A stretch of 64,000 bases of DNA from Lama guanicoe (taxonomy: Eukaryota): assembly GCA_013239625.1 (NCBI GenBank), contig MU056000.1, forward strand, positions 13,405,175 to 13,469,174, given 5' to 3'. The translations under genes and the position numbers were made by a program. This document shows positions 38,751 through 51,014 of this stretch, piece by piece. The notes under the pieces were generated by a model, which saw only the letters and a program-made list of their open reading frames with translations, had not been told where the DNA came from and searched no databases. The stretch's first letter is position 1. Each line of letters opens with the position of its first letter.

Positions 38751-40239
38751 TATGACTCATTTTAATTTCTTGATCAAAGTTAGCTCTCCTGAGCTGTTGT
38801 ACCCCCATGCCAGAGAGCCACCTTGTGTTCAGATTTAAATAATTGCACTCATTTCTTCTGTCCATTTTCAAGCCCTTCAGTTGTTCTCAGCTATGCATTT
38901 TGGTTACTCTTACAATACACACTGCTTTATTTTTTATTTTTTTACTTCTTCAGAAAACCACAGGTCTGTGCCTAAATTTTGTATCCTTTTAGAAACAATC
39001 AAATCCTTTAGTGACAGCACCAATCCCAAACTGCAAGCTAAAACTGAAGCACTGGGTTTAATGTAATCCCTGGATAAAGATATTCTATGTTAGAAAATGT
39101 CTTCATCCCTTAACAATAGATGTATATTTCTTCTAATATTGCCCAGGAGCAGCAGCGGCAAGCATTTCAATCTGACATTTAAAACCAGACTGCTTTCAAC
39201 TTGCATATTCATTCTGGAAGACTGCCAACCTGGACTGCAGCTAGGTACTATCTTAATTCATCTGGGTCCTGATTTAGCTGTGTTTGCTCAGGCAAAATTT
39301 CTGCCTAAAGTTCCATTGACTCTGAGGTCAATACAATCTTTGCATATATAAATCCTGATGAGTCAGTTCTTGAATAAGCATCTCAGTTTCTGTCAGTGTG
39401 ATTCCTACTGTTGAATAGCCAAATGTATTTTATGAAGGATTTCAAATGACTTTATGAAGACAAGAGTTAGCCATTGGGCAGGACACTTGAAATTAAATAC
39501 AAGATAAACATAATAGTCTTTCAAAACACTTTCCCTTCAATTTTTAATCTATAAATAATAGTGAGTGGATTTAGTTAAAAGCATCTCATATGTGCATTCT
39601 GTCACTACTGATATTTGCATTTTAAACATATATGTATAATGTAATGCCACCACTTTTGCTCTCTGTGTTGCATGAATAGTAGTAAAATGAATCATCTGCT
39701 TGTTGCCTATTAAAAAATAACACGAAATACTATTGAAGTAGATATGCCATAAAATTTGCTAGAATTCTCCACATTCCATTGCAAATACACAAAGATGAGA
39801 GAGGATATATTCTAATGAGGATAATGAAGTCTTTCCAGCATCTTCCATGGTACCAAGCCTTCTGGAAATTAGTGCTCTCAATATATACAAATTTGATTAG
39901 ACTTGGAGAATTTATTCAAAATCATCTGATGTACAAAATGAGAATATAAGTAGTGAACCTAAAATTAAAAAAGGAAGAACAGAGAATTTTATCCTCAAAA
40001 TGTATACTAGCAATGAGAAAATGTTATAGGAAACAAATGACCTAGGTAAAGGGAGATGCATGGTGTTGAGGGATGCAGTGGTCCCTTCGCATTTTCTGGG
40101 ATCTATCTTAAGAATTTTACCAATCACCGATACACCAATTGGGAAAAAGGAAGGAACTGAATTTACACTGAAATATCATCTAATAAGGATTTAATTACCC
40201 AGAGCCTATTGACAGAAGTGTGGATGGTGTATGGGCGAC

Positions 40240-40630
40240 TGTATCAGTTAAATCTTGCTGCAAAACAAAGCTCCTCAAGATTTTGTGTCTTAAACCAACA
40301 GCCATATATAGTTCAAAATTCTGTATTTTGATATTTGGGGGTGGACCCAGCTGTTGAGGGGAGGTTCTTACAGTTGCAGCTTGTCTCACTCATTTATCTG
40401 TGGTCACTTTCCAGGGCTTGGTAGGTGGCTGTCCAGGATAGGAGGCCTCAGCAAGGCTCAAACTCTGTTCATATGATCCCTTACTCACTGCTAGGCCAGC
40501 CTGAGTCTGTTCTCATGGTGGCTGGACAGGGATACACGGCAAACAGCAGAAACATGAAAGGCATTTGAGAACTACACTCAAAATCGGCCAATCGCCACCT
40601 CATTTATTTTTGCACAAAGCACTTCAAAAT
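40240..40630 (-). mobile_element. MLT1 (F/G/H-like) LTR
   Basis: TGTATCAGTTAAATCTTGCTGCAAAACAAA...CTTAAACCAACAGCCAT...GGCCAGCCTGAGTCTGTTCTCATGGTGGC. Confidence 0.75.
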
Positions 40631-40829
40631 TTATCATCAGAGAAACACGTCATCAATTTTTCTTTAAAGCTTTTATATTCACTGAAATGATTCAGAGGGA
40701 GGCTGCCCTTGTCCAGAGGATGTCCCAAAGTTCACGGCCATAGACGTGATGGCAACAGATCAAGAATTTGTCAGTCTTAACAATTAACAGATTATCAAGG
40801 ATTAACAGGTAGCTGGGAAAAAACTATAA

Positions 40830-41420
40830 TTAAAAAAAAAAACTAGGTTAAAAAACAGAAAAAAAGAAGAAAGCAAGCAAGCTAGAAATTAATGCAATGG
40901 AAATGGAAGTAGTAGAAAAAGAGACATAAGAAAAAAAAAACCTCAGATTAAAAATAGAACTGTCAGAAACAGAACAATATGAAAAAAATGGAATTTTTGC
41001 AGCTACAGTGAGTAGATTTTCCAGAACATAGAATCAAATGACAAAGATGAAAAGTTTTGGAAAAGATAAGACCCATAGATAATCAATCAATGTTGACATT
41101 TCAACAACAGTGTAAGATGTATTACAGAAAGAGAAGAACACAAAAATTGAAGAGAAGAAACTCATCACTTGAAATCCTCTTATATTTCCTAGACTAACAT
41201 CAAAATTTTCAAACGGAGAGGACCCAGTTATTACCCAGTATAGTGAGTTATAAAGACTCTTTCTCAAAACCATTGTGAAAATTCTGTTATAACAATGATA
41301 AATAATAGATTCTAGAAGCTTTCAGTAAGGAATCACAAGAGCAAGCCAACACATTAACAAACATATCCAAAAGAATGAAAGTTAGACTGTGTTTGACTTT
41401 GTAACATGCATCACAGCTGA
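40830..41420 (+). mobile_element. Decayed HAL1/L1 ORF1-like fragment
   Basis: A-rich; TTTTCCAGAACATAGAATCAAATGACAAAGATGAAA; CATTGTGAAAATTC...GATTCTAGAAGCTTTCAG. Confidence 0.5.
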
Positions 41421-41599
41421 ATAAATATCTGTGACTCTATATTGTTAGTTACTTGAAGTTGGTGGCTTGTTTGATTCTTTCACCACTATATTCAAAACTA
41501 TTCATGCTGTTTCTGAAGCAATGTAGGCCACTAGTTAATATTTAGCCCAGAATACTTAATGTTTCAAGTGGACTTTGAAAATAAGCATGGGGTGTAGAA

Positions 41600-42420
41600 T
41601 CGTTTTTAACTTATTTTAATTTGCAATTCCCAATGACTTATGAAGGCTTATCTGTCATCTGTATGTCTTCTTTGGTGAGGTGTGTTAAGACCTTTGGCCC
41701 GTTTTCTGATTGGATTGTTCATTTTCTTCTTGTCGAGTTTTAAGAGTTCTTTATAGGTTTTGAATAACAATACTTTATCTGTAACTCTGTGGCAGATATT
41801 TTCTCCCTCTCTGTGGCAGGTCTTCTCATTCCCTTGACAGTATATTTACTTTAAGCAGAGCTTGCGATTTTAATAAAATTCAGCTAATCAGTTCCTGCTT
41901 TCCTGGGTCTTGCCTTTGGTGCTGAATGTAAAAGTCATCACCAAATCCAACGTCATCCGGATTTCTTCCATGTTATCTTCTAGGCGTTTTATGCTTTAGC
42001 ATTTGACACTGAGACCTCTCATTCATTCTGAGTTAATTTTTGTGAAAAATGTCGGTATCTAGATTCAGTTTGTTCAGTTGTTCTAGCGCCATTTGTTGAA
42101 AAGACTATCTTTTCTCCATTGCATTGCCTTTGCTCCTTTGTCACCGGTCTACTTCTGGGTGCTCTGTTCTGGTCCATTGATGTAGTTGTCTGTGCTGTCA
42201 CATTATCTTGAGTACTGTAGCTTTCTAGTCTTAAACTTAGATAGTGTCCGTTGTCTCTGTTTTCCTCTTTCAAATATTGTGTTGGCTATTCAAGATCTTT
42301 TGCTTCTATGTGTAAATTTTATAAACAGTTTATCAATACTGAAAAAATAACTTGCTGGGCTTTTGATTTGAGCTGCAATAAATCTATAGATCAAGTTGGG
42401 AAGAATGAACATCTTGACAA
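41600..42420 (-). mobile_element. L1 ORF2 fragment (L1MC/MD-like), antisense
   Basis: CATCTGTATGTCTTCTTTGGTGAGGTGT; CATTTGTTGAAAAGACTATCTTTTCTCCATTGCATTGCCTTTGCTCCTTTGTC; AATCTATAGATCAAGTTGGGAAGAA. Confidence 0.88.
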
Positions 42421-43249
42421 ATTTATGTTTTTTTAATGAAATTTAGAATCACTCCAACTCTTCTTGCCTCTCATTAGGGCTTAAAATGTAATCATGTACA
42501 CTTACACGGTATTTTGAGAAGTATTTACATCTTTTCATTTTGTCTTACTGTTTAATAAAATGTTTGCTGTCTCTTAATGTCTACAAATACTCCTTTGAGT
42601 CTAAAATAAACTTTGTCACTCTATTCATACACATTTTGTTAAATTCATCTTACGTTGCTAGCTAACTATGATATTATCTTAAGAATTGACAAGTATTTTA
42701 TACATCATCCATTATTTTCTACGTACTTAAATGGTATATATAATACAGGGGCATTTACTTCCTAAGATGTTTTAAAAACATAGGTTAAACATTCTGTGTC
42801 CTAAGTCTTCTAAATATTTTTCTTTAGTGGTTTTGTGGTTTTTACACCTGTGTTATCTGTTTGGAATCCCAGACATATATAAACCAGTAGGCAGCTCACA
42901 TGAGAGATTAGCATATTGTCCAGTTTACTTCTGTAATTAATATCAACAGGGGCAGCAGGTAAGGGTGACTGTTTCCAGGTCTGGCTACGTCTCCTCCAGG
43001 TAACTGGCTTCCTTCCAGACCGTGCTGCTCTGCTCACCATAAACAGGGTTGTCTGGAAGACCTTCAAGGTCTCATGCCAAGAAACACTTCTCAGAACCAT
43101 GAAACCTCATGTGTATGTGAATCCCCTACCCAGCAGTGATCTTCACGTCCCACGAAACACAAATACACTCATGTTTTGGGACTTTAATTAGAAACCAGGC
43201 AGTGTTGTCATCAAATAGAACATCTGGAGCCAGTTGCTTTCCTTTTGCA

Positions 43250-43412
43250 CCAAAACTTTGCTATTTATCTGTTAGGGGGGCCTTGGGAAACTTACTATGT
43301 ATCTTTGTGTCTCAGTCATCATCTGTATAAATGCAATTTAAATGCATTAATAGACCTAAAACACCTAGTACAATGTCTGACAATTAGCAAACACTAAAAG
43401 CACTTGTTATTA
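43250..43412 (+). mobile_element. MIR SINE
   Basis: CCTTGGGAAACTTACT...TGTGTCTCAGTCATCATCTGTATAAATG...CACCTAGTACAATGTCTGACAATTAGCAAACACT. Confidence 0.72.
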
Positions 43413-43499
43413 ACCATTTGACTGGTTAAGTCAATACAACACAGAGTTGAGTGAGGAAAGAAAGACAGGACTATGGGAGATAAAGGCACAAATTATCTT

Positions 43500-43870
43500 T
43501 CAGAGGAAAATTAAATGAAATGGAAACTCTCTCATTTGCTTAGTCTTCATGGAAGAAATATGTCAATATGTATTAAAAAAAACTCTGTGGTACTCTCATC
43601 TCAATAATTCTACTTTTAGTTATTCATGCTAAGAACATATTTTATCTAAAAACATTCAGAGCAGTAATTACAAAAATAAGGCATGTTTCCAACAATAGAA
43701 CAGTTCATCTTAATTATTGCATATCAATAAGATGGACTGTTGGTCCAGATTTAGAAATTATGTCCTAAATATCACTTATAACAGAAAATATTGATGTTAT
43801 AAAGTTATCTATGTAAATTATAACAAAATAAACTTATATGTAGCATTAAATCCCACTTATATATTAACGT
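43500..43870 (+). mobile_element. Ancient L1ME-like 3' fragment
   Basis: GGAAACTCTCTCATTTGCT...CAATAATTCTACTTTTAGTTATTCATGCTAAG...GTTTCCAACAATAG. Confidence 0.45.
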
Positions 43871-44947
43871 GAATTCACATGTAAAGAAAGAAATGGTGAA
43901 AGTTGTTTCAGAAACCCTCTTGTTAAATATTTTTTTTATGGGCCAGAGATCTTGTCATTCATTATACATTTAATAACTTTTCCCCAGTCTCTTTGAGAAA
44001 AAATAGGGCTAAGAAATCATCAGTGTTACTCTTTATTGTTTTCCGCTAAGTCCCAGTGAGATCCATGTGTAACTTTCTCCAATATATGAATTTCAAACTA
44101 TTGTAATGAATTGAATATGAAATGCTTTCATTGTTTTTTGAGAAATCACTGTGTAAAAATTCTGCCAGCTTGCTACTGAGTGCTGGTTCTAAATAACACA
44201 GAAAGTCTGCTCATTCAATCTTCTACAAATGGGTAATGGAGTTATGATTGATTCTTATCACTGCCAATCACTTTTCCTTTAGAGAGGTTGTAAGAAGGTT
44301 GGAATACATACAAATCTGCTAGTTGTGGGTGATTACTCGCAAATGCTTTGCATCTATGCTGTAAAGTGTTGGGAACAAGTTTCCCTTCTGATATAACTCA
44401 TTCTCAAAAAGAGGATGAAAATCTCATAGACGAATTTGAGCAATATGTTTAGAGCATCTTTATTTCCTACTATGGGAAGTCCTTCATACTTCCCACCACT
44501 AACTAGTTCTTAGTCACTGTGAACTGGTGAATCATATAAAAAAAGTGATACATGAGTTGCAGAATTTTGAGATTTTTCCTAGCTCTGTCATCAAAACAAA
44601 CACCAATCTGTCCCCAATTCCTGCCAGGTACTTGAAGAGACTACAACTTCCAGGTTTCCACATACCACTGGTATTTCCCATCTCCATGCTTTCTGACCTG
44701 TTGTTTTATGGCTACTTATAATACAGGGACCATTTCTAAATATTTCACTAGTGGCCTTGAATGCAACTCTTCTGACTTTGAGGATTGGTTTCCTGGTGGG
44801 TGTTCTAGTTAGGATAAAGGAGGAAGGCAGTGGGAAGAAACACATGTTCTCTTCTGTTCTTTCACGGAGACAGGATTACTCTTATTCCTGAGCCAAAATA
44901 CAAGTATATCATCGTTTTCTTCACTCAGCATCTCTCCATTTACTTTT

Positions 44948-45147
44948 CTTTTCTCTTCTTTTTCTTTTTTTAAATTGAAGCATAGTTGATTTACAATGTG
45001 GTGCTGGTTTCGGGTATACAAGATAGTGATTCAGTTATACATATATATATTCTTTTTCATATTATGTTTATTATAGGTTATTACAAGCTGTTGAATATAG
45101 TTCCCTGTGCTATACAAACTACAATTTACAAAATAGATAAACAACAA
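44948..45147 (-). mobile_element. Short L1 3' end with 5' inversion
   Basis: T-tail plus AATTGAAGCATAGTTGATTTACAATG...TTCCCTGTGCTATACA, then sense-orientation AACTACAATTTACAAAATAGATAAACAACAA. TSD TCTCCATTTACTTTT / TGTCCATTCACTTTT (13/15). Confidence 0.88.
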
Positions 45148-46464
45148 TGTCCATTCACTTTTTTACTCAGTGTATATTTTTCTAAGAGTTGAATAATAGA
45201 CTGCCTTTCTCAAGTGTTAGTATTTAAGAGAGATAACTTTTAGTTACAATTTTCTAGATGTTTAGTTGAAAGATAGAAAATTCTTCATCAAGGCATGTTA
45301 TTACATAGTTACTATTGCAAACCAGAAGTCCATCTTAAAGGAATTGAATATAATTTGGAAATAAGCTCAAATGCCACCCAAGTCTAGCTGAATACTCTCC
45401 ATTATGATTTAAAATATCATGGCTTAAAAAAAAGCAGGTAATTTCAAAAGATCCATCTGTATAAGCTAAAAGGTAATTTAATCATAAAAAGCAAAAGGGT
45501 TTAGAAAATAAGTTCAGAAAAATATTCAGAGCACAAATTTTAATTAGCAGTATTTAATTAGGCCAGGGATGTGTCTGCTGTCTGCTTTAGTTAGTACATG
45601 ATACATAACCAGCAGAAAGTGATCACAAACAGTTTGGGTTGGCAATTTGTTTGTGTCCAATACTAGGAATTTAAGATAGTAGCTAATACAAGGATTTTAG
45701 AGACGTGACAAATGCTTTTCTCTATCAAAAGGTACTGGCTCAATGAAGACTCTACAGAAGGAATTAAAGTTGTTATGTGGTATCAGGTCTCGAATTAGAT
45801 ACATTTCTTTCCCTGGCTTAACTCTCCCATGTACCACATCTTAAGAAAAAAGGAAAAGTAAGAGTTGTGATAAATTAGATGGAATTAGGGTTCCAGTGAT
45901 TACCAACCACTTAATTTATATGAATTGCTAAATAGTTGCTTAATGAACACTCTACCTACAAGATTTTTCTAGACATATTTTGATACGTATTCACAAGACA
46001 TGATGACTCGGGACACCATCCACAGCACTTTTATTTTCTAAGCGTTTAATACTTTACACTGTCTACAGTGATTTATTATCATCACATCAAAGTGAAATAT
46101 AACTTTTTCAAATGGAATGCTTAGAAAATAATCAAGAACTGTCCATTTCTTTGAGAAAGCATTTGTTTCTGATATTCCTTTTTCACTGCACAATAACTGT
46201 TCAGCAGAGAGGGACTTTCACAGAATAGTAAATCTGTACAGACTTGCAATCCTCAAACTCTTGGCCCTAAAATGCAGACATTTTTCCTTTTAAAACACAC
46301 AATGAGTATAAATACTTAACTGAAGCATCTGATTTCTAGTTGAAACCAAAATGAATTTAATCATTGAATCTCAGAAATTCTTAAATGTATGTGATTGTTT
46401 AAACAACAAAGTTGAATGTTTAGAATTAATATATTATATATATTAGAAAAAACTCACTTCTTTT

Positions 46465-46593
46465 AACTCTTTTTTGTTGCTTTCATGTTCTTTTTCATTA
46501 TAGGTTACTGCAAGATATTTAATACAGTTCCTTGTGCTGTACAGAAGAAATTTGTTGTTTTATCTGCTTTATATATAGTAGTTGCATATCTTG
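46465..46593 (-). mobile_element. Short L1 3'UTR fragment
   Basis: TTTTTCATTATAGGTTACTGCAAGATATTTAATACAGTTCCTTGTGCTGTACAGAAGAAATTTGTTG. Confidence 0.8.
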
Positions 46594-46704
46594 AACGCCC
46601 TCTTTTATGTCAGTTAGGCTGCAGACCTTAAGCCCTTAGGAGAGTATGTCTTATATTTACATGTGTGTTTGTATATGTGTGTAAGTGCTTTGTGTACGTA
46701 TGTA

Positions 46705-47158
46705 GATATGTTTAAGGTTGGAGTTCCTTTGGGATGATTCTGAGACAAGGATTTGAAGGTGAGTGATTTATCTGGGATAGGATTTCAGAAAGCATTAGTA
46801 AGGTAAAGCAGGGGTACAGGAAGTGAAGGAAATAAGCCAATGCAAGGGATACTGATGAATGGGTGACTGCTGGGTGCATCTTGGGCTCTGCAGTGCTGGG
46901 GACATCTAAGGGATGGTTCAGGACATGCCTCGGAGTCACCCCACCAAGAGAGGCAAAACTTGAGATGCTGTGTACCAACTCAATTCTATCATAGGTAGGG
47001 GCTGCTTCGAGGGGCATTAACTGCCCAGCATTCTTAGTGTGACCCTCAGGCAGCCCAGAGAAAAGCTTTGGGCAGAGGGACAGGTATTTGCAGTAAGAAG
47101 ACACATTAGCAAAGAGTGTCCGGGCTATAAAGGCAGGGCACTAACGGCATGTGTTAGA
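46705..47158 (-). mobile_element. ERVL solo LTR (LTR33/LTR16-like)
   Basis: CTGAGACAAGGATTTGAAGGTGAGTGATTTATCTGGGA; GGAAATAAGCCAATGCAAGGG; end GGGCACTAACGGCATGTGTTAGA. Confidence 0.75.
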
Positions 47159-47439
47159 ATTTACATGTGTAATTATACACACTGACTTTAATAGCTAACT
47201 AATATGAAATGTAACTTCCGAGGACAAGAAAAGACATTAAGAAAAATAAGAGCTACTTGATTATCAAAACAAAATTAATATAAGGGGAAAGCATCTCCAC
47301 AGGGATGTCAATAATTTAATTAATTTTGAAGACAGGAGGTTTTATATTGATTCAGTAAAAATATGTGGTTAAATAAGAGTGGAAGCCTAAGAAGAGAACC
47401 AGGATGAAGTTGGATAGGTGCTGAAATAAGAAACGAATC

Positions 47440-47567
47440 TTAATATGAAAATGAATATATGTCTGTATATGCATGACTGGGACATTGTGCTGTACACCAG
47501 AAATTGGCACACTGTAATTGACTGTACTTCAATGAAAATTAAAAAACATTTTTTAAATTAAAAAAAA
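47440..47567 (+). mobile_element. Extreme 3' tail of camelid-type L1
   Basis: GAATATATGTCTGTATATGCATGACTGGGACATTGTGCTGTACACCAGAAATTGGCACACTGTAATTGACTGTACTTCAAT followed by an A-tail. Confidence 0.85.
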
Positions 47568-48404
47568 GTAAGTAGTGGTAAGACCAAGAGGAGACAGAGA
47601 TCATAAGCTGAGACCCAAAGTCTAAATATCAAATTAGATACACTGAGCGAGGTACTCAGCATTAGAGCCTTGTTTTATAGAGTTTGCAAAAATATTCATC
47701 TTACATCTGCTGCACACATGCCAATCACCTAGGGCCATGCCGTTAAGTCTTATACTGCTAACTTTCTCGGCATCGCTGAAAAAGAGACAACACAACCCAA
47801 ATATTCTTTTGTTTGGAAAATACTATAGAGGCCTGAGTGATTTCTAGTCGTCCCTCTGAGCTATAATTCCCTGGAGACACAGTTATTTTCCACAAAATGT
47901 ATCTCAGAATACACTTCTACAGTTAAACAAGTCGCAGAATCACTTAAGAAGGGGTACTGTGGCTTGAATGTTCACTTCTAACATTCCCTCTCGTTTCCTT
48001 TTTGGAAAAATAAAATAATGAGAAGAGTCTACCAGTGGAATATGGGAAGTTAATTCATAGCTCTGGGTTCTGCTGAGTCACTGAGGATGAGAGTGAGATA
48101 AGGGGTTTTAGACTCACTGGACCTGAGCAAAAGCAGACAACTCACCTAGGAAAAGGAAGCCTGGTTCTGCTCAGAGATTGGAGCTAGTGCCATAAACCTT
48201 CAATTTTTATGGGTTTAGGCCAAAAAGGCTAGTGGGTCACATTGGGAAAGACCCCCTCCCAAAAAAAAGATGCTTTATAAACAGTGAATGATAATCTCAA
48301 AGGAGATGAATGCCTCTGCAGACTGATGGAAACTGATCAGCCTAATTATATCAACAGAGATGTAGGTGTGACAGCAAAGATAAGATGTGTTTTTCTTTCC
48401 TCTC

Positions 48405-49400
48405 CTTTTACTAGATATAATTAACAGATAACTGCATGAATTTAAAGTGTACAACATAATAATCTGATATATGTATAGACTGTGAAATGGTCACCACAAT
48501 AATTTAGTTAACATCCCTTGCCACGCATAGTTACAATCTTTTTCTTTTATTGAGAAATTTTAAGCTCTACCTCTTAGCAACTTCCACATATAAAATGCAG
48601 TATTGTTAACTATAGATACCATTCTGTACATTACATTCCCAGAACTTATTTTATGACTCTAAGATTGTACATTTTCACCATCTTCACCCACTTTGCCCAC
48701 TCCCCACCTCGACCTCTGGCAATCACCGATCTTCTGTTCGCTCTGCCTAGGAGTTTGTTTGTTTAAATTCCACGTATAAGTGAGATTACACAGTATTTGT
48801 CTTTTCCTGTCTTACTTATTATATATAGCATAATTTTCTCAAGGTCTATCTTTGTTGTCACAAATGACAGGATTTCCTTCTTTTCTATGGCTGAATAGCA
48901 TCCCGTTGTGTATATACACCACAATATCTTTATTTGTTCATTCATCAGTGGACATGTAGGTTGCTTCCATGTCTTGGATATTGTTAAAAATGCTGCAGTA
49001 AACATAGGGGTACAGATATCTTTTAGAGATAGTAATTTTATTTCCTTTGGATAAATACCCTGAAGTGGAGCTGGATCATGTGATAGTTCTATGTTTTTTC
49101 GAGGAAACTCAGTATGCTGTTTTCCATAGCTGTACCAATTTACATTCCCACCAACAGTGCATGAGTGTTCCCCTTTCTTCATATCTTCACCAACACTTGT
49201 CACTTCTTACCTTTTTTTTTTTTTTTGGTAGTAGCCATTCTAAGTAGTAGACAAGTGTGAGGTAAGATCTCACATTTGTATATTTGATTTACATTTTTTG
49301 ATGATTAATGGTATTGGTCACTTTTTCATGCACCTACTGGTCACTTGTATGTCTTGTTTAGAAAAATATGTATTCAGTTCTTCCACCCATTTTTTAGTTG
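48405..49400 (-). mobile_element. L1 3' end (L1MA9-like); ORF 48763-49203 is its ORF2 C-terminal remnant
   Basis: Translation CTVGGNVNWYS...DICTPMFTAAFLTISKTWKQPTCP matches the L1 ORF2p C-terminus; 3'UTR TTTAAAGTGTACAACAT. Confidence 0.92.
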
Positions 49401-50941
49401 GATGTGTTTTTCAATAACTTTTGTGAGATCAACTTGGTATAGTCATAGATGGAACAAGAATGGCCTTGAATTCAAGAATTACCTATGCGTGCGCACACAT
49501 ACGAACAAACACACACAAAAACTCTCCATTGAAATTCTGTTAAAAACATGTCATAAATTTAACATTCCAAGCATGTGAACCTTCATTGCAACTGCACTGT
49601 TATAATCAAATCAGTCCGTTCATAATTAAGCCCCTACAAGCTTCAATTATTTTAGAAGTTTGTTTGTTGAGCAAGGAACAAATATTTCATTGCAAAAAAT
49701 GAATAGTGGCCCGGCCCACCATAGATAAATTTTCCTGGGAAAATTACTGACACAACGACTTGAATTTATGTGATCTACTGCCGTTTTATGACCATGGATA
49801 TTTTTAATAATAGCAGTCATTAATTATATTTCATAATAATTTTTATGGTCCACAAGTTATTATTGTTATGGTCCACTTGGAAATTACATATATCTTATGA
49901 GTGTTTTCAAAGGGAATTGTCTAAGCGTATGAAAGTCTTCTATTCAAACCAGAAAGTACATTCATTTTGACAATAACTAACAAAATGCTAACTAAGCTAA
50001 AATTTCAATGCTTAGACTAGGAAGGCATCTTGAGATTATTTATTCCTCTGAAAGTTATTCCATGATGATATTTAGAGATACATAATTTTATATATAAATT
50101 AATTAGATTTTTTATATTAATTTTTGGTTTTGTCATGATAAAATGCATATAATTTATATTTTGAGGATTTACTTTATTTCAAAGTGCCAACAGGGCTTTT
50201 AAAATAGATCTCTATGCCTTAGCAAAAGGAACTATATTTTTTCTTTTAAATTTTGGTTTCTTATAATAAGACCAATTACAAATAAACTTATATTAAACTT
50301 CTGTTACAAAACTTCATATTGAATTAATATGTAAAGGTTAATAAATGTGCTGGCATACATGACAAGTATATTAAAGTGGAGTTTCAAATACTAGATGTAA
50401 CTGAAAACAATTCATTTAGTCAAATATTTTAACTAGACCTAGTATAATTTTATTTAAAAATTTTCATCAATAGTTGTATTTTATGTAATCAATGCACAGT
50501 GAAGTAAAACCCAAGCACATTAAATAATTTGCAATATTGTTGTATACAGCATATGCAGCCATTTCTGTTTTGGTGGCCACATTAATATTTATCAATAATA
50601 ATCTTTGTTATTTTAAAATACATAGTTCAAACATGCTGAACATGTTTCTAGACTCAAAGATTCCAATTTAGTAAACTTTTTGTCTCATCTAGATCATATT
50701 TATAGATTTCAATTTCTTTAATACTATTTTTCCCAATCTTTTTAAAGCACTGGGAAGTCAATCTGTGGTCTCTAGAAGTATACAGAAGAAGTTTTAAGGT
50801 TAAAATGAGGAGACAGAAGAGAACGGCTTTCTTATGAAGAGAATGGTGTGTGTGGTTTGGTTTCTTTTTTAAAGGTATGACCAGCCCCCTGACCTCTGAC
50901 TTTGCACACTCCCTCTAAAATAATTAAATAAATACATAAAG

Positions 50942-50966
50942 TATATATAAAATATGTATATATATA

Positions 50967-51011
<45 letters not shown>
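50942..51011. repeat. (TA)n/(TG)n microsatellite
   Basis: Read directly. Confidence 0.92.

Positions 51012-51014
<3 letters not shown>

Noticed and set aside
48763..49203. Longest ORF (146 aa)
   Set aside because: L1 ORF2p C-terminal remnant, not a host gene.
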